Source: Nanobdellota archaeon | Lineage (GTDB): Archaea; Nanobdellota; Nanobdellia; SCGC-AAA011-G17; GW2011-AR17 | Direction: 5' to 3' | Length of the DNA: 42,492 nucleotides | Assembly (NCBI GenBank): GCA_030018575.1 | Contig: JASEIA010000001.1 | Span: 1 to 42,492 of the forward strand | Part shown: piece after piece, positions 33,639 to 41,493 of the stretch | Layout of the letters: the number at the start of each line of letters is the position of its first letter | How positions within the stretch are numbered: position 1 is the first letter of the stretch | Position numbers and translations under genes: made by a program | Notes under the pieces: model-generated | Seen by the model: the letters and a program-made list of their open reading frames with translations, nothing else | Databases searched by the model: none | What the model was told of the DNA's origin: nothing

Positions 33639-33766
33639 TAATATATTAATAATTAATGCCCTTTTTATAGTTTTCGGTTAATGCATTAATTACAGCCCTG
33701 CTTTTTTTCTGCTTTTGCATTCAATAACCTTTTTATACGCAAAATGCGTCATATTACCTGAAAAAG

Positions 33767-35440
33767 ATGGTGCCTTTAACAGCAAATGCAAGGATTGTCC
33801 TGGAAGCAAGATACCTGAAAAAGGACAATAAGGGAAAGATAATTGAAACGCCTGAGCAGATGTTTAAGCGCGTTGCAAAAGCTGTATCACTTCCAGACAG
33901 GAGATACAGGCAGAATCCGAAAAAAGCGGAAAAAGAGTTCTATGAATTGATGTCAGGGCTGAAATTCCTCCCTAATTCTCCCACTCTTATGAACGCAGGG
34001 ACTGAAAAGCAGATGCTGTCAGCTTGTTTCGTCCTTCCTGTCGAGGATTCTTTGGAATCAATATTTACAACACTAAAGAACATGGCCCTTATAGAGCAGG
34101 TTGGAGGGGGAGTCGGGTTTAACTTCTCTGCATTAAGAAGCAAGGGATCTGTAGTCGGCTCTACAAAAGGCGTTGCATCAGGCCCTGTGAGCTTCATGAA
34201 AATATATGATGCCTCAACAGAGGTAATCAAGCAAGGCTCAAGAAGAAGGGGCGCAATGATGGGCATACTGAATGCAAATCATCCAGATATTGAGGAATTT
34301 ATAACAGCAAAGCAAAAAGGGGATATGCTGAATAACTTTAATTTATCAGTTGCAGTGCCTGACTATTTCATGAAAAAGGCAAATAATTCTAAACTATTCA
34401 AGTTAATTGCTGAGAATGCCTGGAAAACAGGAGATCCAGGGCTTGTGTTCATTGATGAAATCAACAGGAAGCATCCATTGAAGGATAAGATAACATCTAC
34501 AAACCCCTGTGCAGAGGCGCCTTTATTGCCTTATGAATCCTGCAATTTAGGCTCAATCAATTTATCCAAATTCGTAAAGAACAACAAGGTTGATTTTGAA
34601 GAATTAAAGAAGGCAGTGCATACAGGCGTGCATTTTCTGGATAATGTGATTGACGTGAACAAATATCCGGTAAAGGAAACAGAATTAATAACAAAGGCAA
34701 ACAGGAAGATTGGATTGGGGGTTATGGGATTTGCAGAGATGCTTATACAATTGAATGTTGCGTATGACTCTGACGAGGCTGTTGCTTTTGCTGAAAAATT
34801 AATGAGATTCATACGGGCAGAGGCTGAAAATGCATCCATTGAACTGGCAAGAAAGAGGGGAGCTTTTCCTAATTTCAAAAAAAGCAAATTAAAAAGAAAG
34901 CAGAGGAATGCGGCTGTCACGTCAATTGCTCCAACTGGAACAATTTCAATCATAGCAGGAACTTCTTCAGGCATCGAGCCTTTGTTTGCTGTCTCTTTCG
35001 TAAGGGAAGTGCTTAACACAAAGCTTGCTGAAACCAACCATTTGTTTTCAGATATTGCAAAAGAGCGCGGCTTTTATACAAAGGAATTAATGGAAAAGGC
35101 AGCGCAATGGGGAAGCGTGCAGAAATTAAATGTCCCTGCTGATGTCAAAAGATTGTTTGTAATTTCCCATGAGATAAAGCCAGAATGGCATGTAAAAGTG
35201 CAGGCTGCTTTTCAGAGGTGGGTTGACAATGCAGTAAGCAAGACTGTGAATTTGCCGAGCAATGCATCAATTGATGACGTAATGGCTGTTTATTTGTCAG
35301 CCTGGAAGATGAAGTGCAAGGGAATCACTGTTTATAGGTATGGAAGCAAATCAGAGCAGGTATTATATGCAGGCGAAGATGCAGTGAAAGTTCATTCAGA
35401 ATTTTCAGGCGGATGCATAAAGGGAGAATGTTCGTTGTAG
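33767..35440 (+). CDS. nrdJ: Adenosylcobalamin-dependent (class II) ribonucleotide reductase
   Basis: TNPCAEAPLLPYESCNLGSINL active-site region, SIAPTGTISIIAG and a C-terminal Cys pair CIKGEC. Confidence 0.9.
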   Translation: MVPLTANARIVLEARYLKKDNKGKIIETPEQMFKRVAKAVSLPDRRYRQNPKKAEKEFYELMSGLKFLPNSPTLMNAGTEKQMLSACFVLPVEDSLESIFTTLKNMALIEQVGGGVGFNFSALRSKGSVVGSTKGVASGPVSFMKIYDASTEVIKQGSRRRGAMMGILNANHPDIEEFITAKQKGDMLNNFNLSVAVPDYFMKKANNSKLFKLIAENAWKTGDPGLVFIDEINRKHPLKDKITSTNPCAEAPLLPYESCNLGSINLSKFVKNNKVDFEELKKAVHTGVHFLDNVIDVNKYPVKETELITKANRKIGLGVMGFAEMLIQLNVAYDSDEAVAFAEKLMRFIRAEAENASIELARKRGAFPNFKKSKLKRKQRNAAVTSIAPTGTISIIAGTSSGIEPLFAVSFVREVLNTKLAETNHLFSDIAKERGFYTKELMEKAAQWGSVQKLNVPADVKRLFVISHEIKPEWHVKVQAAFQRWVDNAVSKTVNLPSNASIDDVMAVYLSAWKMKCKGITVYRYGSKSEQVLYAGEDAVKVHSEFSGGCIKGECSL

Positions 35441-35471
35441 GAGGCATCAGAACTAAAGTTCTGGGCCTCCT
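35439..35471 (+). terminator. 13-bp stem hairpin between nrdJ and the adenosyltransferase gene
   Basis: AGGAGGC-AT-CAGAAC-TAAA-GTTCTG-G-GCCTCCT followed by TTTC. Confidence 0.5.
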
Positions 35472-35494
35472 TTCGTAAAACTCAGGAGGAAAAA

Positions 35495-36004
35495 ATGGCA
35501 AAAGGAAACATATTTTTAATCACAGGCAATGGGGCTGGAAAGACAACAGCTGCATTGGGGGCTGCCTTGAGAGCTTGCGGGCACAGGCAGAATGTTGTCA
35601 TGGTGCAGTTCATGAAAGGAAGAAAGGATATTGGGGAATACAAGGTGCAAAAGCAGTTGAAAACATTCAGGGTTTACCAGTTTGGAAGAAAGCAGTTTGT
35701 TGACTTAAAGCATCCTGAGCTTGAAGACATGAAGCTTGCAGCGAAAGGGCTTGAGTTTGTCAGGAAGATGAAAAGCTGGCCTGATGTCCTGATACTTGAC
35801 GAAGTGAACCTTGCGATATCAACAGGCATGCTTTCAAACGAGGAAGTGATTGCTGTTTTGAATAAAATTCCTGCAAAGTGCAATGTGTTTGTCACAGGCA
35901 GGTATGCTTCCCCAAAGATGATGGATTTTGCGGATTACGTGAATGAGATATTGCTGTTAAAGGCGCCTAAACAAATGAAGACAAGGAAAGGGATTGAGTT
36001 TTAG
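35495..36004 (+). CDS. cobO: Cob(I)alamin adenosyltransferase, CobA/CobO/BtuR family
   Basis: P-loop TGNGAGKTTAALG, VQFMKG and ILDEVNLAISTGML. Confidence 0.8.
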   Translation: MAKGNIFLITGNGAGKTTAALGAALRACGHRQNVVMVQFMKGRKDIGEYKVQKQLKTFRVYQFGRKQFVDLKHPELEDMKLAAKGLEFVRKMKSWPDVLILDEVNLAISTGMLSNEEVIAVLNKIPAKCNVFVTGRYASPKMMDFADYVNEILLLKAPKQMKTRKGIEF

Positions 36005-36066
36005 TTGGTGGCTTGTAGGTTGTGGCAGGCAGGGTATTAGGGGTGGCAGGAGGCTTTTTATAAGAT

Positions 36067-36172
36067 TAGCCTATTGCACTAGACTAATAATTAGATTATT
36101 AGTCCAGTAGGATATACTAATAAGCCGATTATTAGGCTATTGCGATGGACGAAAGACTTAAATATTAGTCCA
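36067..36172. promoter_or_regulatory. Array of related palindromes upstream of a DUF4143 ATPase gene
   Basis: CTAATAAT-TAG-ATTATTAG (36084-36102) and CTAATAA-GCCG-TTATTAG (36117-36135), flanked by TAGCCTATTGC and TAGGCTATTGC. ATTAGTCCA occurs twice. Confidence 0.55.
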
Positions 36173-36187
36173 TCATACTATACGAAT

Positions 36188-37489
36188 ATGGAACTAGGCA
36201 GCGTAGCAAGATTCAATGAATGGTGGGCAACAAATAGGGTAAATCCTCTTTTATTAAAACCCCACAAAAGGCCCCTCTTTTTTAAAATAAGCGGATATAT
36301 GAAGGACAGGCAGATTATTCTTTTAACAGGATTAAGGCGCGTTGGCAAAACTACCTTGGCTTATCAAATAATTGATGAATTGTTAAAGCAGAAAGTAAAC
36401 AGCCTCCATATAATGTATTTCTCTTTTGATGAAAAATCAGCAAATCTGGACGAGCTGATAAAGGCATATGAGGAAGGAGTGCTTAAGAAGAAAATAGGGG
36501 AAGAAAGAATATATGTTTTTCTGGATGAAATACAAAAATGCAGCGATTGGGAGAGCAGGATTAAGATATTGTATGATCTTTATCCAAATATAAAATTTAT
36601 TATAATGGGCTCAGCTTCTGTAAAAATAAGCAAGAAGGCAAAAGAAAGCCTTGCGGGAAGAATGTTTGAATTCCATCTTTGGCCTCTCTCATTTGGGGAA
36701 TTTATTGAATGGAAAGGGCTTAAGCTCTATGCAAAAAGCATAGACCTATTCCAGGAGCAGGCAATGCCCTTGTTCTCAGACTACCTGCGCAAGGGGGGCT
36801 TTCCGGAGATTATAGATGAGGAATCAGATGAAAAGATAAAGGCATATATCAAAAATAGTGTTATAGGCCAGATTATATATAGGGATTTGTCTGAAGAATT
36901 CGGGGTAAAAGACTACGAACTGCTGAATATTTTGGTAGAGTCTGTGGCAGTAAATCCCGGGATGATAATCAACTATGACGCATTAAGCAGAAACCTTAAA
37001 AGAAGCAAAACCACGATTATAAATTATCTTTTTTATCTTCAATATGCAATGCTTATTCGCTTTGTATCTAATTTCAGAGGGGGATTTCTGGTGTCTTCAA
37101 GAAAGATGAGGAAAGCCTACATATCAAATACTGCAATCTCATTTGCCTTGGCTGAAGATTTCTATTCAAATTCTTTTATGGAGAAGATGGCTGAGAACTT
37201 TGCAGTGATAGAGACAGAGGCAGGCAACTATTTTCATAACAAATATGAAGTCGATATAATCCTGAAAAAAGGAAGCAAAATAACACCCATAGAAGTTAAA
37301 TACGGAAAGCCCGATATTGGCTCTTTGCTCGGCTTTCTGGATGAATTCAAGATAAAAAACGCTGTTGTTGTGACAAAAGACATATTTGACAAAAAAACAA
37401 TTGAAGGAAAACAGATATCTTTTGTTCCGTTGTGGGCATTTTCAATCAATAAGGATGAGTATTTGAAGAAACCTTTCCAGGCAGATTAA
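36188..37489 (+). CDS. AAA_14 plus DUF4143 family ATPase
   Basis: FNEWW N-terminal motif, Walker A GLRRVGKTT, Walker B YVFLDEIQ. Start set at MELGS by analogy with the paralog (the ORF track starts at TTG 36140). Confidence 0.75.
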   Translation: MELGSVARFNEWWATNRVNPLLLKPHKRPLFFKISGYMKDRQIILLTGLRRVGKTTLAYQIIDELLKQKVNSLHIMYFSFDEKSANLDELIKAYEEGVLKKKIGEERIYVFLDEIQKCSDWESRIKILYDLYPNIKFIIMGSASVKISKKAKESLAGRMFEFHLWPLSFGEFIEWKGLKLYAKSIDLFQEQAMPLFSDYLRKGGFPEIIDEESDEKIKAYIKNSVIGQIIYRDLSEEFGVKDYELLNILVESVAVNPGMIINYDALSRNLKRSKTTIINYLFYLQYAMLIRFVSNFRGGFLVSSRKMRKAYISNTAISFALAEDFYSNSFMEKMAENFAVIETEAGNYFHNKYEVDIILKKGSKITPIEVKYGKPDIGSLLGFLDEFKIKNAVVVTKDIFDKKTIEGKQISFVPLWAFSINKDEYLKKPFQAD

Positions 37490-37498
37490 AGATAGCGC

Positions 37499-37872
37499 AT
37501 GCAAGATTAGACCACATTTATGTTTCTGTTAAGGATATGAAAAGGGCAATCGATTTTTATGAAGATTTGCTCGGCATAAAAACGACCCAACGCGAAGGAA
37601 ACACATGGGCTGACTTTGATTTGGGCAGGGGATTTTACCTTGGGCTGATTAACCCAAAGGTTATTAGCAATAAGCGCATTGCAGGCAATAATGCAATCCC
37701 TGTTTTTTGGGCAGATAATGTTGATGCTTTATTTAAGAAGGTAAAAAAGCATCGCGTTAATATTATCTCCAATCCGGAAAACCTTCCCTTTACAGGTTAT
37801 CCGTATCGCTGTTTTCAATGCAAGGACACAGAAGGGAATATAATAGAAATCGCTAAGTATAAGCGCAAGTGA
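37499..37872 (+). CDS. VOC/glyoxalase-family protein with a disrupted 5' end
   Basis: In-frame upstream codons read ARLDHIYVSVKDMKRAIDFYEDLLG, a typical VOC beta1-alpha1. The only upstream ATG (37499) is 2 nt out of frame. The first in-frame ATG is 37537. Confidence 0.6.
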
Positions 37873-37875
37873 CGG

Positions 37876-37935
37876 CTATTCCCTGTCATGCCTTACAATG
37901 CTCTGCGCCTTGAGCTGTAATCCTTCTTTTTGCTC
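37876..37935 (-). pseudogene. Relic of the last ~20 codons of a SplB-like radical SAM gene
   Basis: The minus strand translates ..LKAQSIVRHDRE-stop, against ..LRVQDIVRHDRK-stop at the end of the intact gene (39387-). The DNA core TGCCTTACAAT is shared. Confidence 0.6.
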
Positions 37936-39295
37936 AGAACGCCAAGGCAAAAAGCCATGCAGGAATAAACAATATCTTTTTCTTTCCTGCTTTCTCTTCT
38001 TTAAGAATGTCTTTTGTAACAACAATCCCGGTTTCGGCATTGAATTTGCCCATGAATTGCATTATTTCATCGGCAGCATCTTCATTTATACTCTCCCTAT
38101 ATTTTGCTTCTATGGGAATTATATGCTCAAGCTCAGCTATGCAGTCAATTTCTTTGCCGCTTTCGCTCAGCCAGTAGCTGATGTCGGCGCTTATTTCTTT
38201 TTTAACCCTTGCTTCAAATACAGCCCTTGCAACCAAATTCTCAACAAGCTTTGCTTTGTCTGTTTCAGTTAGCTCATATCTGGAATTTATTGCATTTGCC
38301 ATGCCGCTGTCAATGAAGGCGATTTTGCGCTCCCTTCTCACGCTAAAATACGGCTTTTTTGAAAATACCTTAAGCTCTTTCACAAGATAAGTGTCTTCCA
38401 GCAGCCCTATGTATCTCTTTACAGTGTCAGACTTTATTCCCAGTATGGATGCAATTTTGCTATAATTCATCCGCTCTGTGGCAATGCCTGCTAATACTGA
38501 CACTAGCTCTTTTATGGATTTTATATCTCTTACATTTTCTGTTTCAAACATGTCCCTTTGAAGGGAAAGGTCTTTATAATCAATAAGCAGGCGGAATGTG
38601 TCCTCCACGTCTTTTGAAATTGTATCGGGATATCCGCCGCGGAGAATATATTCTGAAAACGCAAGCTTTATGCGGTGAATATGGGCGGCAAGAGATGAAT
38701 TAAGCTTGTTAAGCGCATTTAAATCCAGGGAGGCATTGCCTGCCTTTATCCCATATTTTGCTTCAAGAAATTCCCTGAAATTCATGGGCAGCAGCATGAA
38801 GTGGCGTATCCTCCCAAGAAGGCTCTCTCCTGAGCCTTTTAGCACCCTTAAAGATGATGAGCCCGTTACAACAAATTTGATATTAAGCCTTAAATCATGC
38901 CATTGCTTAACTTCCTCCGCCCATGTCTCAAGCTTATGGGCTTCGTCTATAAATACATAAATTTTTTTCTTAAAGCTGTCAGGCGCCTCATTTACTGCTG
39001 CTGCGCGATTGTTGATTATTTCAGTTATCACTCCCTTTGCTATCATGCTGGCTGTATCAAACTGCGCATAAATTATTCTTTCAGGCTCCACTTTGCTTTT
39101 TAGAAGGTGGCTTATTATCTCATGGATAAGCGTAGTTTTCCCGGCCTGCCTGGGGCCTATAATGGAAGTTACTTTTTTGTCTTCGATAGAGACCATAACT
39201 TTATCAAAAAGCTCACGGCGGTACTTGCCGATGTATTTTTCAGGCACATTGCCTGTTTTCCACCACGGGTTTTGAAGCGGGAGCAGGTCGTTCAT
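37934..39295 (-). CDS. AAA_14 plus DUF4143 family ATPase (divergent paralog)
   Basis: LQNPWW, Walker A GPRQAGKTT, Walker B YVFIDEAH. Confidence 0.8.
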   Translation of the reverse strand: MNDLLPLQNPWWKTGNVPEKYIGKYRRELFDKVMVSIEDKKVTSIIGPRQAGKTTLIHEIISHLLKSKVEPERIIYAQFDTASMIAKGVITEIINNRAAAVNEAPDSFKKKIYVFIDEAHKLETWAEEVKQWHDLRLNIKFVVTGSSSLRVLKGSGESLLGRIRHFMLLPMNFREFLEAKYGIKAGNASLDLNALNKLNSSLAAHIHRIKLAFSEYILRGGYPDTISKDVEDTFRLLIDYKDLSLQRDMFETENVRDIKSIKELVSVLAGIATERMNYSKIASILGIKSDTVKRYIGLLEDTYLVKELKVFSKKPYFSVRRERKIAFIDSGMANAINSRYELTETDKAKLVENLVARAVFEARVKKEISADISYWLSESGKEIDCIAELEHIIPIEAKYRESINEDAADEIMQFMGKFNAETGIVVTKDILKEEKAGKKKILFIPAWLFALAF

Positions 39296-39334
39296 AGGCA
39301 GTTTATAGCACTTTGGGTTTTTAAACTTTTCCGT

Positions 39335-39380
39335 TATAAAGGGGATGTTGGGCTCATTATCCCCTTTATAAAGGGGATAA
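39335..39380. promoter_or_regulatory. 12-bp-arm palindrome containing TATA-like boxes
   Basis: TATAAAGGGGAT-12 nt-ATCCCCTTTATA followed by a third AAAGGGGATAA. It lies between the radical SAM stop and the DUF4143 start. Confidence 0.55.
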
Positions 39381-39386
39381 TTTTGC

Positions 39387-40199
39387 CTATTTCCTGTCGT
39401 GCCTTACAATATCCTGCACTCTTAGATTATATTTCCTGCTGAGCATTTCAACCTCTTTTTTTACATTGTTGTAATACTCTTCAGGATGGTTTATTGCAAA
39501 ATCAAAGCTTTTAACAGCATCAGGGAATTCCTTTCTTATTACAGGCATCAGCCTTTCAAGGCATGCCTTTCTCATGTTCAAAAGCTCAACCCACACGTAT
39601 TCGCAGAACTGCAATGCCCCAAATATTTCTTCAAGATTTGTTATTCCGGGCAGTACAGGCGATATAAAGCCATACACATGAATACCCTCTTCTTTTGCCT
39701 CTTTCAGTGTTTTTATTCTCTCAGAAGGCGGGGAAGCCATCGGCTCTATAATTCTTGCTGTCTTGTCATTCAATGTGTTTACTGACATCCCAAGCTCTGC
39801 ATTCGACTCTTTGATTAAACCAAAATCCCTTTTAACCAAGGCGGATTTTGTGAGAATTTCCATTGTAAACTTATTTTTGCAAGGGGAGTTCGCCATTATC
39901 TCCAAAACTTTCCTTGTTAAAAACAGCTTCCCTTCTATAAGCTGGTAGCAGTCTGTAACGCTGCTCATCCATATGTGCCCTGGCTTGCTCTTTTCAAGCT
40001 CTGTCTTTAATAGCTCAGGGCAGTTTATTTTTGCGTAAACAAAATTCCCCCACTCTGCCTTTATGTCCTGAAACCTCTTTATGAAAACAGCATAGCAGTA
40101 TTTGCACCCGTGCGTACATCCCGTATAGGGGTTAATGACATAATCCGTAAGTTTGCTTTTTGCCATGCAGGCCTTGCATTTGATTTCCCTGAAGTCCAT
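39387..40199 (-). CDS. Radical SAM protein, SplB/DNA-photolyase-like (COG1533-type)
   Basis: NPYTGCTHGCKYCYA (CxxxCxxC). Start taken at MDFREIK (40199), 3 nt after the upstream gene's stop. Confidence 0.75.
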   Translation of the reverse strand: MDFREIKCKACMAKSKLTDYVINPYTGCTHGCKYCYAVFIKRFQDIKAEWGNFVYAKINCPELLKTELEKSKPGHIWMSSVTDCYQLIEGKLFLTRKVLEIMANSPCKNKFTMEILTKSALVKRDFGLIKESNAELGMSVNTLNDKTARIIEPMASPPSERIKTLKEAKEEGIHVYGFISPVLPGITNLEEIFGALQFCEYVWVELLNMRKACLERLMPVIRKEFPDAVKSFDFAINHPEEYYNNVKKEVEMLSRKYNLRVQDIVRHDRK

Positions 40200-40201
40200 G
40201 T

Positions 40202-40894
40202 TTATTTCTTCCCCCAAAGCACTGCACAATTCCCCTTGTGCCAAAGGCATCTGGCATTCCTGAATCCTGCCTTCTTAAGCCATGCTGTCTGGCTGCTTAT
40301 TGAATCAGGCATATCCTCTTTCCTGTATAATGCCATCCATTTCTTTGCGCCCTTTTCTCCAAGCCTTGCAGCAAGATGCCTTTCCCATTCATGCTCAAAG
40401 TGTGACTTTTCTTTCCTGGTATTTCCGATTATCAAGTCGCCAATCACGCAGATTCCTTCTTGATTTAAGGCGCCATGCAATTTAAGGAACAATTTCTGCT
40501 TTTCTTTTTTATCCAGATGATGAATCGCCAAAACAGAAATGCAGGCATCATATTTCTGCCTTGATGAAAATTCAGCCATGTCCGCTTCTATGAACTTTAC
40601 CCGCTTTTCAAAACCTTTCAGGCGCATTTTTGCCACTGCCATCATTTTTGTCGACAAGTCAATGCCTGTTATGGATGCATTTGGAACCTTTTTCAGCAAG
40701 CCCAGCGCTGTTTCACCCGTGCCTATGCCCAACTCTAATATTTCAATCCGCTTTTTGCGGCTAAAGCTTACTGCATCAATCACTTTCCTGTGCATTTCCT
40801 CATAATACGGAAGAACAATCCTTACTTCCTTGTCATAAGTCTTGTGCTCAGAGTTGAACTGCTTTTTTACAATACTGCTGTGGACTCTGCCCAT
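40202..40894 (-). CDS. Class I SAM-dependent methyltransferase
   Basis: ILELGIGTGETA (motif I), ITGIDLS, FIEADM, ISVLAIHHL. Confidence 0.8.
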   Translation of the reverse strand: MGRVHSSIVKKQFNSEHKTYDKEVRIVLPYYEEMHRKVIDAVSFSRKKRIEILELGIGTGETALGLLKKVPNASITGIDLSTKMMAVAKMRLKGFEKRVKFIEADMAEFSSRQKYDACISVLAIHHLDKKEKQKLFLKLHGALNQEGICVIGDLIIGNTRKEKSHFEHEWERHLAARLGEKGAKKWMALYRKEDMPDSISSQTAWLKKAGFRNARCLWHKGNCAVLWGKK

Positions 40895-40909
40895 TGCATA
40901 TCTAGAGTT

Positions 40910-40956
40910 ATGGATAATTCTGCTGATTATAATACTATTTTTGCAGAATTATCCAT
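40910..40956. repeat. Palindromic GGATAATTC-family element, copy 3
   Basis: ATGGATAATTCTGC (40910-23) and GCAGAATTATCCAT (40943-56) are perfect 14-nt inverted arms around a 19-nt core, 16 nt upstream of ATG 40894. Confidence 0.85.
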
Positions 40957-41058
40957 CAGAGAATTCTGGCAAGAATGTGCTACAATTACCAGAATTCTCT
41001 ATAAATCATGTATAAGAATGTTTTGGATAAGATTAAAAAATAAAAAAAAGAAAGGAGC

Positions 41059-41301
41059 TTATCTCCTTCCCGGCTTTGCCATCTTGGCTCTTGCCGCATT
41101 CATTGCCTTGTCGACATAATACAGCCAGCCCGATGCTCTCTTAAGCCCGCACTTGTGCATGACTTCCTGCTTGGGCTTTGCTTTCTTCTTTCCGCCGCCC
41201 CTTGCCATCTTGGCTCTCGCCAGGTTGCCTTTCTTGTCAATGAAGTAGAGGAATCCCTTCTCTCTCTTCATTCCCGGGTGTTTGCATAAAACTTCTCCCA
41301 T
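41059..41301 (-). CDS. Small basic protein built from two tandem ~37-aa repeats
   Basis: CKHPGMKREKGFLYFIDKKGNLARAKMARGG versus HKCGLKRASGWLYYVDKAMNAARAKMAKPG. The DNA repeat TTGCCATCTTGGCTCT appears twice. Confidence 0.65.
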   Translation of the reverse strand: MGEVLCKHPGMKREKGFLYFIDKKGNLARAKMARGGGKKKAKPKQEVMHKCGLKRASGWLYYVDKAMNAARAKMAKPGRR

Positions 41302-41493
41302 TTTGTTTTCCTCCGTTTTTTTTGTTTAAGCATTCACGGCTTTCCGTGCTTGCCTCGTTTTTACCCCCGCATTATCGCCGAGGTTCATAGAATTATGGAT
41401 AAGCCTGTTTATAAACATTTTGGTTTTTCCGTCGGTGCGACGAGAGGGAAATAACCAGCAAGGTTTATAAACCAGTTGCCTCTCGCAAGAAGT

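Noticed and set aside
36061-37511. AAGATTAG(A)CC at 36062-36071 and 37503-37513 as a possible direct repeat bracketing the first DUF4143 gene.
   Set aside because: Only 8 contiguous identical nt (10 with a 1-nt gap) with no flanking similarity, which is within chance expectation for this window.
41385-41400. AGAATTATGGATAAG as a fourth copy of the GGATAATTC palindromic element.
   Set aside because: Only a partial single arm with a changed core, and there is no inverted partner nearby.
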